From an uncultured delta proteobacterium (lineage in GTDB: Bacteria; Desulfobacterota; Binatia; UBA9968), in NCBI GenBank assembly GCA_963745835.1, contig CAVUZH010000005.1, positions 1 through 64,000 on the forward strand: 64,000 bases of DNA. The letters run 5' to 3'. The notes beneath the pieces were generated by a model that did not search any database, had not been told where the DNA came from, and saw only the letters and a program-made list of their open reading frames with translations. Shown in pieces: positions 49,767 to 59,245 of the stretch; within the stretch, counting starts at the first letter, position 1, and every line of letters starts with the position of its first letter. The translations under genes were made by a program, and so were the position numbers.

Positions 49767-50762
49767 TCACCTCTTCAGCTTATCGACGAACCCGCTTTTT
49801 TTAATTTCTTCGAGGACGCTCGCGTCCATCAATCGGAGCGATTCGGGGGTTTGTCCCTTTGCTTTTGGGTTGGTCTTAGCCGTTTGCGCAATTACCAGTT
49901 CGAGGCCCTTGCGATCGGGCATGTTTAAAAGATCCTCGCCGTATTGCCCTAAAAAATAGTCGTAGCCCACAGCATACATTTCGTCTTCGGCCCGGATGTA
50001 TTTTTTCGTGAGTTGAATGGCCAATGCCTTATTCTTCTTGACGATATAAAGACCTTCGATCATTGCCTTCAAGAACGATGTGACCTTGTCACGGTTCGCT
50101 TCCAGGTAGCTTCTCTTTACCATCAGGGTGCTTTGAGGAAACGCGAGACCCGCCGCCGCCATGTCGAGGATGAGATTCATGCGATATTTTTTAATCGCCA
50201 ACGTGGCGACCGGCTCGCTGAACACCGACGCATCGGCAGATCCACCCGTAAGTGCTGCTATGCGACTGGGGTTGCCGCCTAGTTGAATGAGGGTTGCCTG
50301 CTTCGGATTGATCCCAAGCTTTTCCAAACTCGCTTGAACAGCAAAATCGGTGGCCGAGCCGAACTGACTGATCGCAAATCGTTTTCCTTTCAGATCTTCC
50401 GCGCTCTTGATCTCGGGGCGAGCCACCAGCTTGAAAGCAAAAAAGTTAAACCCGCCGGAAACCATGGTCATATCACCGCCCTGTAAATTGGCGGTAACCG
50501 CCAAAGCACCGGTAGAGAAAAGAAACTGAATTTCATTGGAGAGTAGGGTTTGTGCCCCCAACGTCCCACTGTTTAACGCCAGGTATTCGACGTCGAAGCC
50601 GTATTTTTTAAAAACTCCTTGATCGTGAGCCGCCCAGATCATCGAGTGAAGAGGTGTAAAGCCGCCGCTTCCGACACGGATTTTTTCTGCATGTAAATGC
50701 ATAGGCGCGTACAACGCCAGTATCAATAGAATGGTAATCAGCCAAGCCAATGTTTGTTTCAC
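49767..50762 (-). CDS. ABC substrate-binding protein, NMT1/THI5/SsuA-like
   Basis: GGAGG + GTG start; GVFKKYGFDVE, DLKGKRFAISQFGS. Confidence 0.9.
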   Translation of the reverse strand: MKQTLAWLITILLILALYAPMHLHAEKIRVGSGGFTPLHSMIWAAHDQGVFKKYGFDVEYLALNSGTLGAQTLLSNEIQFLFSTGALAVTANLQGGDMTMVSGGFNFFAFKLVARPEIKSAEDLKGKRFAISQFGSATDFAVQASLEKLGINPKQATLIQLGGNPSRIAALTGGSADASVFSEPVATLAIKKYRMNLILDMAAAGLAFPQSTLMVKRSYLEANRDKVTSFLKAMIEGLYIVKKNKALAIQLTKKYIRAEDEMYAVGYDYFLGQYGEDLLNMPDRKGLELVIAQTAKTNPKAKGQTPESLRLMDASVLEEIKKSGFVDKLKR

Positions 50763-51570
50763 ATCGACCTCCGACAAAGGACGAATCTGTCGCCCTCCTG
50801 ATTTGAAGTCATTAAATGAAAATACGCAACCGTGATGTTCCATTGGAAACTACAAGGGGGAGCCCGAGATATAACACAACCTTCGGATGATCTGGCGGCT
50901 TATACTTTTACCAGCCTAGAGGATTGAGAACTGTACAAGAAATCGTCGGTCTGCGATCTCAAGATTGCGACATACAAGGTTGAGGATTCTTCTGGATGAG
51001 CGCGTCCACAAAAAAGGTAGTCGAGAGTGGTTACGTGCAGGAACTCGAGCGAAAATACAAGATTCGATCTTAACAATCCAGAGGTATCTCTCGAGCAGCC
51101 ATCGGGCATATGTCGGAGACCGTTCGAGTTATGTTTTTTGTGCTTGTATTACTTGGCCCGAAAAAGAAGCGCTGCAGAAGGAATCCACTTAGCTCTGCGT
51201 AACCAGAGTTCGACGATACAAACGGCTCACTCAGAATGATGAGCGTGAAGAACGAGATCAGGCAGGGGTTAGACTCACTGGGTGCTTGGGGAGAATGAGG
51301 TATCGACAGGCTAACCACGAGCCGGACTCCTGCCGTCCAAAATGTTCAAGGTTCAAAACCGACATCGACTTCAAAGCCATAACTTGCGATGTGACAGGAG
51401 CAGATGGAGCAACGCACTACCGAGCGTATCGAAGCCTATCCGCGTAATCCAGTGTTGTACTTGACCGCTCTAGGGCTACAAAAGCACTGTCTTCGAGAAT
51501 GAAACGTCGAAGATGCAAAACATTCTTCGGTCCGAACGGTTTACCTCCTGTGCTAGCACTCGATGGTTGC

Positions 51571-52215
51571 CTAAGCCGACTTGGCGAATCCTTCGTTCAC
51601 TTCTTTCTCGTAGGCGAGCAGCTTCTTGACGCTCGGTCGTTCTTGCATTCGCTTGAAATGCGCCGTGACGTTGGGGAAGTCTGAAAGGCCCACACCCAAC
51701 TGGGTGGCGCGCCGGCAACACCAGAAGAAATGGGCGTCTGGGGCGGTGAAATGATCGAAGAAGTATTCGCGCCCGGTCAGCATATCGTCGGCGATCTGGA
51801 AGTTCTCGAACAGTGCGTCGGTGGCGAATTTGACCACGCTGTCGGACGCGCCCGGCCCGTCACAGACTTTGCCCGGGTTGTTGATCCGGCTCAGATACGG
51901 GTGGATGCCGCTGGCACACCAGGCATGGAGCGAAATCGCCTGCAACTCGTCCCAAGGATCGCCGGGTAGGATCTTCGCGTTGGGAAAGGTCCGATGGACC
52001 CATTGATGGATGGCGACGTTCTCGCTCAGTATCTTGCCATCGACGACAAGGGTAGGCACCTTGTGCTTCGGACTTATTTTCAGGTACTCGGGCGAGAAAT
52101 GCTCGCGCTTGCGGTAATTGAGCGGCCGGGCCTCGAAATCGGCGCCCGCTTCGGTCAAGGTGACATAGGGAGCGAGCGCGCAGGTGTTGGGGGCGTAGTA
52201 GAGAGCAATTTTCAT
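51571..52215 (-). CDS. Glutathione S-transferase
   Basis: LYYAPNTCALAP, EYLKISPKHKVPTL, LSENVAI, FT..D, RPSV. Confidence 0.92.
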   Translation of the reverse strand: MKIALYYAPNTCALAPYVTLTEAGADFEARPLNYRKREHFSPEYLKISPKHKVPTLVVDGKILSENVAIHQWVHRTFPNAKILPGDPWDELQAISLHAWCASGIHPYLSRINNPGKVCDGPGASDSVVKFATDALFENFQIADDMLTGREYFFDHFTAPDAHFFWCCRRATQLGVGLSDFPNVTAHFKRMQERPSVKKLLAYEKEVNEGFAKSA

Positions 52216-52306
52216 TTACGTCTCCTCGTTACGATAATTGATCAACGTTTAATTGCGAATTTAGTACCAGCGTCGGGTAAGTGCAACACACAAAAGAGCC
52301 GAAGCG

Positions 52307-52351
52307 ATTCCAGCAGTTCCAACGGTCCCATTCGTTCCAGACGTTCAATTC
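52307..52351 (+). repeat. 5 x 9-nt tandem repeat GTTC(C/A)ANNN
   Basis: attccagca gttccaacg gtcccattc gttccagac gttcaattc. Confidence 0.8.
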
Positions 52352-52523
52352 CGGATCGATTCCGGTTACAATCAAAAGTCTTGACCGGCATGCCGTTAAG
52401 CTACTCGAGGTGGCAAGCTAGTTTGGGGCCGACAGCGCGCCCGGCCGGCGATGTTGCTCATGATTTAAATTTTCTATAAATATCTCTGGATATACAATCG
52501 GCAAAAGATCAGGAGGTAGGATC

Positions 52524-53120
52524 ATGTCAACCACAACGGAGCGCCCTCTCGCTGACGCGCTCACCGCAATCAAGACGCGCCGCTCGGTGAAGGAGTATAA
52601 TGAAACCGAGATTCCTCGGGAGTGGATCGAGGAGCTGCTCGACGCCGCTCACTGGGCGCCCAACCACAAATTGACCCATCCCTGGCGTTTTCACGTGTTC
52701 ACTGGAGAGGGGCGCGAGCGCTTGGTCGCGGCGCGACAAGCAGCAGTGCGTGCGGCCGCGGAGAGAAAGGGTGAGCAGGTGAGCGAAGACGCTCTCAACT
52801 TTGCTCGGGCGAAGTGTTTTTCTTCCCCGGTCGTGATCATCGTTTCCATGGTAGGCGATGAGAAAAAAATCGTTGACCAGGAGAACTACGCGGCTTGCTG
52901 GTGCGCGATCGAGAATCTGCTGGTCGCGGCGAATGCGCGTGGTCTGGGCAGTTATCCGAGCACGGGCGACTGGATCGACCAAAACTTCGTCGGCCCGGTT
53001 CTCGGACTCACCGAAAAAGAGCGGCCGGTGGCATGCATTTTCCTGGGATACTCCGAGCAGAAGACGATGGCCAAGCGCCTGCCGGTGGAGCGCCATACCA
53101 CCTGGTACACTGAGCCCTGA
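52524..53120 (+). CDS. Nitroreductase family protein (YdjA-like)
   Basis: AGGAGG RBS; IKTRRSVK, AAHWAPNH.LT.PWRF, NLLVAA.ARGLG. Confidence 0.92.
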   Translation: MSTTTERPLADALTAIKTRRSVKEYNETEIPREWIEELLDAAHWAPNHKLTHPWRFHVFTGEGRERLVAARQAAVRAAAERKGEQVSEDALNFARAKCFSSPVVIIVSMVGDEKKIVDQENYAACWCAIENLLVAANARGLGSYPSTGDWIDQNFVGPVLGLTEKERPVACIFLGYSEQKTMAKRLPVERHTTWYTEP

Positions 53121-53125
53121 AAGGG

Positions 53126-53231
53126 GTTTCGAAAGGTTCAGAACGTTCAAGCGCTTTGCTCAGTTGAAGATGTTTAGAAAAACGTGGTTCCACACGTTCC
53201 AAAGGTTCCAGTGGTTCCAGACGTTCAATCT
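53126..53231 (+). repeat. 9-nt period GTTC(C/A)A repeat array
   Basis: Three loose units from 53126, then gttccacac gttccaaag gttccagtg gttccagac gttcaatct at 53187-53231. Confidence 0.88.
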
Positions 53232-53475
53232 CCTGGAGATAGTCCGAGGTTCGTTCATCACCGGGCTCGGACCATTTCCACACGCTCCAATTGGCCACTG
53301 TTCAGCGGTACAGATCGGTCGCTCGGTATCGCACTTTTTCCCATTGCAGCGCAGCCGTTCGTTCGAGACTTCAAACCAACAGTAAGAACGGGACGGTTCC
53401 AAATGCGCTATTTTTTCGAGGTAAAAATATCTTCCGCCGGTGGCAGTCGCCGGCAATTCTCTGGAAAGGTGCAAC

Positions 53476-54663
53476 ATGACCGAAGTTTTGCCTGCCGCTG
53501 AAAACGATACCGGCACTGCGCCGCGCGCATCGTCCAACACTCGCCATCTCTGCCGGATGGAGCTTGCGGGGGGAGGGCAGATCGTCATCGACGGGAATTA
53601 TGCTTATGTCGGCCATCAACACCGACCGAATGGCACGACGATCCTCGACATTTCCGACCCGCGCAAACCAAAGATTCTCAGCACTCTAAAGCCCAATCAT
53701 CCCTGGTCGCACTCGCATAAGGCGCGGATCGTCGGTGACCTCATGGTCGTCAATTCCGAGTTTGAGCGCGGCGACGGCCGCCTCTCGGAATATCCGGACG
53801 GCGGCTTTCGCATCTATGACGTCAAAGACCGAACCAACCCTAAGCTTGTGAGCTTCGTAAAAACGCACGGCAAGGGTGTGCATCGTTTCGATATCGACGA
53901 GAAATACGCGTATATCTCGACCGAAATGGAAGGCTACATCGGCAACATTCTGGTCATCTATGATATCCGCGATCCATCGCGGCCGGTGGAGGTCTCGCGC
54001 TGGTCGATGGAGCGACAGAACGTGGCGGGCGGCGACGAGCCGCACCCGAAGCGGGCCCAGCACCGCCTGCACCATGCGCTGCGCTGCGGCACCGAGATGT
54101 ACGCCGGCTGCTGGATGTCGGGCATCTCGATCATAGACGTAACCAACATCAATGCCCCGCATACGCTGTCGCGCTACGAGTATGACCCGCCTTGTCCCGA
54201 GCCGACCCACACCTTCCTTAAGGTGCCGCACCCGATCGGCGGCAAGCGGATCGCAGTATCGACAGAGGAGGAACGCTCGCAGCGGGGCGCCGATGCAGGT
54301 AAGCCGCACGCGCCGCTGCGCACCTGGGACGTTAGCGATCCGACCAATCCGAAGCTGCTGTGCTCGTACTACCTGCCGGAGTCCGCGACGCCTTACTCCG
54401 CGGGCAAGGTCCGTTTCGGCACGCATCAGCTACGCGAAAAGGTGGAGAAGGACAATCTTCTCTATGTCACCTGGTTCGCCGGCGGCCTGCGAATCATCGA
54501 CATCAGCGAACCGGCGAATCCCACGGAGCGGGGCTATTTCATTCCAAAACCAGGGGACGGGGTTGCGGCGCCGCTAACCAACGACATCTTCAAGGACGAC
54601 CGCGGTCTTCTATGGGTGACCGATAAGGAGCGCGGCCTCGACGTCATCGAATATCAAAATTGA
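53476..54663 (+). CDS. LVIVD-repeat beta-propeller protein
   Basis: Repeats TILDISDPRKP, IYDVKDRTNP, VIYDIRDPSRP, IIDVTN, WDVSDPTNP, IIDISEPANP. Confidence 0.88.
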   Translation: MTEVLPAAENDTGTAPRASSNTRHLCRMELAGGGQIVIDGNYAYVGHQHRPNGTTILDISDPRKPKILSTLKPNHPWSHSHKARIVGDLMVVNSEFERGDGRLSEYPDGGFRIYDVKDRTNPKLVSFVKTHGKGVHRFDIDEKYAYISTEMEGYIGNILVIYDIRDPSRPVEVSRWSMERQNVAGGDEPHPKRAQHRLHHALRCGTEMYAGCWMSGISIIDVTNINAPHTLSRYEYDPPCPEPTHTFLKVPHPIGGKRIAVSTEEERSQRGADAGKPHAPLRTWDVSDPTNPKLLCSYYLPESATPYSAGKVRFGTHQLREKVEKDNLLYVTWFAGGLRIIDISEPANPTERGYFIPKPGDGVAAPLTNDIFKDDRGLLWVTDKERGLDVIEYQN

Positions 54664-54958
54664 GCTGGAAGCGCGGCACACACTGATCCGACATTATTTT
54701 GGAGCGGGCGAGGCCGGGCGACACCTACAGCCGTGGACAATAGAGCAGTGCCTTGAAGGCCACCCCGCATTCCCTCAGGGTAATGTTTTGTACGCCGGGG
54801 CCTTAGGGCAAACTGTGCGCTCGGATGCCCACGGCTTGCGGTCTCGCCCTCCTCGCTCACTGCTAAAGGTGCTCAGCTTTGTCGGATTAGGGCTGAATGC
54901 TGTCTGGTCTTGCCTCACGGGTCGAGGCAAGTTCAAATTCGTCGGGGCTCCAGCTAGT

Positions 54959-55160
54959 GTCAGGTCATATCGCATTCACAGATGGTGAATGCGATGTGCG
55001 GCACCGTGGAACGAAAAAGGACAGTGGATTTGCCGGGGCGTTTTACCATGTGATCTGCCTGGGCAATCAGCGGCTGGTCAATTTTCGCAGTGACGCGGAT
55101 CGTAAGTATTACCTTGAGCGGTTGGAGCCAGTATCGTGAGCTATAGCTGAAGGTATATGC
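54959..55160 (+). pseudogene. RAYT N-terminal remnant
   Basis: GTCAGGTC flank; FAGAFYHVICLGNQR...FRSDADRKYYLERLE. Confidence 0.75.
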
Positions 55161-55258
55161 CTTACGCCCACACGGCCTCATCCGCTTGGTGCGGCAAGAT
55201 TTAACGATTATCGTGCGATGGGGTATTGGTATATCAGAGAGATCGTCGGAGGTGATGC

Positions 55259-56284
55259 ATGCGTTATCTTTCTCGACGTTTGAAACTCTGCCTTTCAATT
55301 TTCCTGATTCTCTGTTTTTCCAGTATAGAGCATGTCTTCGCTGACGATGTTGTCCTTATGTCTTATGGCGGACACAACGAGACTATCGGCCCGTATTGGG
55401 TTGCCGTCGATAAACGGCTTTATCAGAAACACGGTATCGACGCGCGCTTGCTGCAAGTGCGCAATGCGCAGATCAGTTTGACCGCTGTCATATCCGGTGA
55501 AGTACCGATATTTCTCCCTTCTATCGCAAACGTTCTCAGCGGCGTATCGGCTGGTGCCAAACTTGGCTGCGTTGCCTTTCCGATCAAAGGCGTTTCGCGC
55601 GAGTTGGTGGTGCGCAAGGACATCGATTCGTTGGAAGCGTTGCGCGGCAAGACCATTGGCGTGCAAAGTATCGGCGGCGGTTTTTGGCTGCAAACCATGA
55701 TGTTGCTAGACGCGGTGGGCGTGGACCCCGACAAGATTGGTATGAAAATGCGCGTGATTGGCGAGGAGGCGACCATCGTGCAGGCTTTGGTGAGCGGCAA
55801 CGTCGATGCCGCCGTGGTCACTTTGCCCTCGGCGCAGGTGGCCAAGCGCGGCGGCGCCCGCACTCTAGTCAGCACTGCGGATTTGCGTATCGCGCTGCAA
55901 ACCGTCGGCTTATGCGGCCGCAACGAGCGCATCGCCAACTCACCGGAGCTGATGACGCGGCTCGCCAGAGGCATGGTTGACGGCATTGTTTATATTCTTG
56001 ATCCGCGAAACAAAAAAGAGGTTAGCGCGGTTTTGAAGAAGCACCTACGGCTGAGCGCCGATGAAGACGCGGAGACCTCGTATCATTCGCTCAGAACTAT
56101 AGTTAGTCTCGACATCGCGCCGGATCTTGCGGCGTTCAAAAACGTGCAGAGAATTGCCGCGCGGGTCAACCCCAAGATTGCCCAAGTTGACATCAACGAA
56201 GCGATCAACCTGAGCGTCGTGAAGACGCTCGAAGACAGCGGCTACTTAGCCGAGGCAAGAAGAAAACTTCCGGTTGCCCGCTGA
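55259..56284 (+). CDS. ABC substrate-binding protein, NMT1/THI5/SsuA-like
   Basis: Signal peptide; LYQKHGID, LRGKTIGVQSIGGG. Confidence 0.88.
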   Translation: MRYLSRRLKLCLSIFLILCFSSIEHVFADDVVLMSYGGHNETIGPYWVAVDKRLYQKHGIDARLLQVRNAQISLTAVISGEVPIFLPSIANVLSGVSAGAKLGCVAFPIKGVSRELVVRKDIDSLEALRGKTIGVQSIGGGFWLQTMMLLDAVGVDPDKIGMKMRVIGEEATIVQALVSGNVDAAVVTLPSAQVAKRGGARTLVSTADLRIALQTVGLCGRNERIANSPELMTRLARGMVDGIVYILDPRNKKEVSAVLKKHLRLSADEDAETSYHSLRTIVSLDIAPDLAAFKNVQRIAARVNPKIAQVDINEAINLSVVKTLEDSGYLAEARRKLPVAR

Positions 56285-56466
56285 TGTCCTGTTAGTTAGA
56301 TCGCTAGGATAAAATCCGGAATAGATATCATAGACTTTCCAGTAGTACTCGCTTATGTGCGCCTTCTTTTGCTTCATCGGAGAATGAAAATATTCGACAT
56401 TAAGCCCTGCGGGACGTATCCTGAAAAACGGTTTGGAGAAGGAGCGAAAAAACATTGGGGTATTTG

Positions 56467-56856
56467 ATGACCGATGATTTAGCGAAACACGGATTTAGTG
56501 ATGCGGCATGGGAGCTGGCAAAAGCGGAAGGAAAAGCCGTGCTGGCGGAATTCGCGCGCGACAAAAAGATGATTTCATACATCGATTTTATGCATCAGAT
56601 CCGCTCGATCTCATTCGATACTCCTCGCGACTCAAGATTGCCGCAGTTCCTCGCAGAAATATCAACGGAAGAAGCCGAAGCAGGGCGCGGTATGATGACC
56701 GCACTGATCGTTAGAAAAACCGGCGATCAAAGGCCAGGTATGGGTTTTTTCCAACTCGGGAAACGCCTTGGTTACGAAGTATCCGATTCCGAGAAGTTTT
56801 GGCTCGAAGAAGTAAACAAAGTGTTCGCTAGCTGGCAAACCGAAGCCCGTCGTTGA
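56467..56856 (+). CDS. Hypothetical protein
   Basis: Globular-looking ORF: L.EIS.EE..AGRGMMTALIVRK.GD..PG.GFF.L...LG...FW..E..KV...W. Confidence 0.75.
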   Translation: MTDDLAKHGFSDAAWELAKAEGKAVLAEFARDKKMISYIDFMHQIRSISFDTPRDSRLPQFLAEISTEEAEAGRGMMTALIVRKTGDQRPGMGFFQLGKRLGYEVSDSEKFWLEEVNKVFASWQTEARR

Positions 56857-57129
56857 TGAGGCAATAAGCCGGCTGTGGGCTTTAGAAACCTTCAGTGCTC
56901 TTAGAGATGGCTCATCCGCTTTACTGACGCTGCGATCGAATCGCGTTCGGGTTGCCACTTAGCAGTGCGGTTTAATCCGCATCAGTCCCTGTGTGCTTCA
57001 TGTCACCCACGTGACCTGTTGCAGCGAAATCGATTTTGGATTAGGTCTCGACCGAACAATTTCGTCACGAACTTGAAAGTCAGTCCTCGCTGTACAAAAA
57101 GCCTGAACCTAATCCCTTGGAGATAAAAA

Positions 57130-57954
57130 ATGCCGACGGCCAATTTAAACGATGTGCAGATTTATTACGAGGATTCTGGAGAAGGCGAGGTCGTTTTGCT
57201 GGCGCCGCCTTCCTGGTGGCCATGCGACACTTGGAAAATCAATGTCGTGCCGTTTCTGTCACGGCGCTACCGCACGATCATCTTCGATTGTCGCGGCACT
57301 GGCTATAGCAGCAAACCGGATCATGGCTACACGATCAGCCAGTTCGCTAAAGACTGCGCCGGGCTTCTTGAGCAGCTGAAAATCACCCGGGCTCATGCGG
57401 CGGGATTTGCGCTCGGCGGTCAGATTGCTCAGGCTCTCGCCATCGAACGACCCGACTTGATTGCAACCTTGACGATCGCGGCGGCAGGCGCCGGAATGAA
57501 GGCAACCGACGGCACTCCCCGCCAGATGCGCAACACCGATGAAGAAGAGATTCGCGAGCACGGCTTCGAGCGCTTCATCCGTGGTCACGTCGAGAACACG
57601 CACATGGCGTTTGGTGAAAGATTCTACCGAGAGCATCCGGAAGTTGTCCGCGCGCTTGCCGATGCCTTGTGGAAAAGACAGACCAGTCCCGAGCAGCATC
57701 GCTATCATTACGAGGCGCGGCGCACCTGGGACACCCTTGGCAACGCGCCGAAAGTAAAAGTACCGACGTTGATTCTTTGCGGCGCGGAGGATGACGTTAA
57801 TCGCGGCGGCAGCACTCCGGTGGCAACGGCACGGCGACTTGCGGAGCTTGTTGCCGGCAGCGAGCTTGCGCTCGTACCCGACGTCAAGCATATGACATTT
57901 TGGGACGGCGACGGCGCGCTGATTGCGTTAGAAAATTTTTTGCAGCGCCATTGA
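57130..57954 (+). CDS. Alpha/beta-hydrolase fold protein, nucleophile Ser replaced by Ala
   Basis: IYYEDSGEG, FDCRGTGYS, GFALGG, PTLILCGAED, KH. Confidence 0.9.
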   Translation: MPTANLNDVQIYYEDSGEGEVVLLAPPSWWPCDTWKINVVPFLSRRYRTIIFDCRGTGYSSKPDHGYTISQFAKDCAGLLEQLKITRAHAAGFALGGQIAQALAIERPDLIATLTIAAAGAGMKATDGTPRQMRNTDEEEIREHGFERFIRGHVENTHMAFGERFYREHPEVVRALADALWKRQTSPEQHRYHYEARRTWDTLGNAPKVKVPTLILCGAEDDVNRGGSTPVATARRLAELVAGSELALVPDVKHMTFWDGDGALIALENFLQRH

Positions 57955-58016
57955 TCCAGTGGCCATTGAACGTTGAGGATTGAACTCTGGGCACAAAGAT
58001 CGGGAGGTATTGGCCT

Positions 58017-59078
58017 ATGAAATCTAGAGCATTCGTCGCGACGGTCATGGTCTGTTTGATGAGCGTTTTCTTTAGCGACACGGGCTACGCTCAAGAAAAG
58101 GGCAAGGGCGACAGCGAAGGCATCAAGGAACTTTACAACGCCGCCAGGAAGGAAGGGCGAGTAGTCATCTGGGGGCCAACGGATGCGATCGTTTATCAAC
58201 GCATGCAGGAGGCCTTGGATAAACAGTATCCCGGGATCAAGATTGAATCCTTCGAAAGCATCCCGGAGCCGCTCGTCCAGCGAATAATCGCTGAAAGCCA
58301 AGCCGGCAAGCCGGCCGCCGTCGATGTCATACAATCGGGGTCGTTACGGGCGCTGCGCCCTCTGATTGATCGCGATATGTTGGCGCCCTATTCGGGATGG
58401 GAAAAGATTTTTGGCCTCGATGCTGTCTATGCCGACCAGCGGTTGGTCGGCGGCTATAATCTTACCTTGCCCATTGCCTATAACACCAAGACCGTGAGTG
58501 CCCAGGAAGCGCCCAAACGTTGGGAGGATCTCGCGGATCCGAAATGGAAGGGCAGGAAAATCATCATCGAGGCACGTCTGGTTCCGTTCGCCATGCTCGG
58601 CACCGAATGGGGCAAGGACAAGGCGATCGAGCTGACCAAGAAAATAGTTTCACAGCAGCAACCGCTGATTGTTCAAGGCGGCACCACCGTTGCCAATGCG
58701 TTAGCTGGCGGGCAGGTTTCGATTGCCGTGGGCACGTACGCATTTACGATTGAAGGTTTGAAAAAACAGGGAGCGGCGGTGGATTGGGTTCCGGTTTCGC
58801 CATTGCCGGTTCTGACGTCTGCGGAGGGAGTTCTCAAAACCGCGCCGCGTCCTAATGCGGGTAGGTTTTTTGCCGGCTGGATGGGAACCCCTGAAGGGCA
58901 GAAGATAAGATACGCCAGCCGGGGCCAAGCCATGGAGGTGGGCAAGAACGCAATCGGGAACGTTGCCGAAAGAATTAGGAACGAGAAACCGCCAGTTATC
59001 TTGGAAACCGATAAGACCTTCACATCGATTCTCGAAATTCAGCGCGAGATGGGGAAACTGCTTGGAGCGCTGCGCTGA
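58017..59078 (+). CDS. ABC extracellular solute-binding protein (FbpA/AfuA-like)
   Basis: ARKEGRVVIW, AYNT, PKRWEDL.DPKWKG, APRPNA. Confidence 0.9.
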   Translation: MKSRAFVATVMVCLMSVFFSDTGYAQEKGKGDSEGIKELYNAARKEGRVVIWGPTDAIVYQRMQEALDKQYPGIKIESFESIPEPLVQRIIAESQAGKPAAVDVIQSGSLRALRPLIDRDMLAPYSGWEKIFGLDAVYADQRLVGGYNLTLPIAYNTKTVSAQEAPKRWEDLADPKWKGRKIIIEARLVPFAMLGTEWGKDKAIELTKKIVSQQQPLIVQGGTTVANALAGGQVSIAVGTYAFTIEGLKKQGAAVDWVPVSPLPVLTSAEGVLKTAPRPNAGRFFAGWMGTPEGQKIRYASRGQAMEVGKNAIGNVAERIRNEKPPVILETDKTFTSILEIQREMGKLLGALR

Positions 59079-59245
59079 CAATTCGATGGCAACGCGCGTG
59101 CGCGAAGCACGGGGCCTATAAGAGAAGGCGATCGAGATCGCGGAGCCGGAGTATCTTGGCGCGATGAAACCCGTTCAGGTGCTTCGTGCGTTCATTCTTG
59201 GTATCAAAGTGACTTTGCATAATGGTCCGATAAGGGAACTCATCG

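Noticed and set aside
50850-51560. Short ORFs in the gap between the SBP and GST genes
   Set aside because: Possibly decayed genes, but no family could be recognised in any frame.
37149-53231. GTTC arrays as CRISPR repeats or LexA boxes
   Set aside because: Units are 7-9 nt with no 25-45 nt spacers and no cas genes; the spacing fits neither GAAC-N4-GTTC nor GTTC-N7-GTTC.
53686-54426. Long antisense ORFs (also 31607-32308, 52527-53150, 57259-57891, 57708-58334 and similar)
   Set aside because: Shadows of well-supported genes in GC-rich codon context, with no recognisable motifs.
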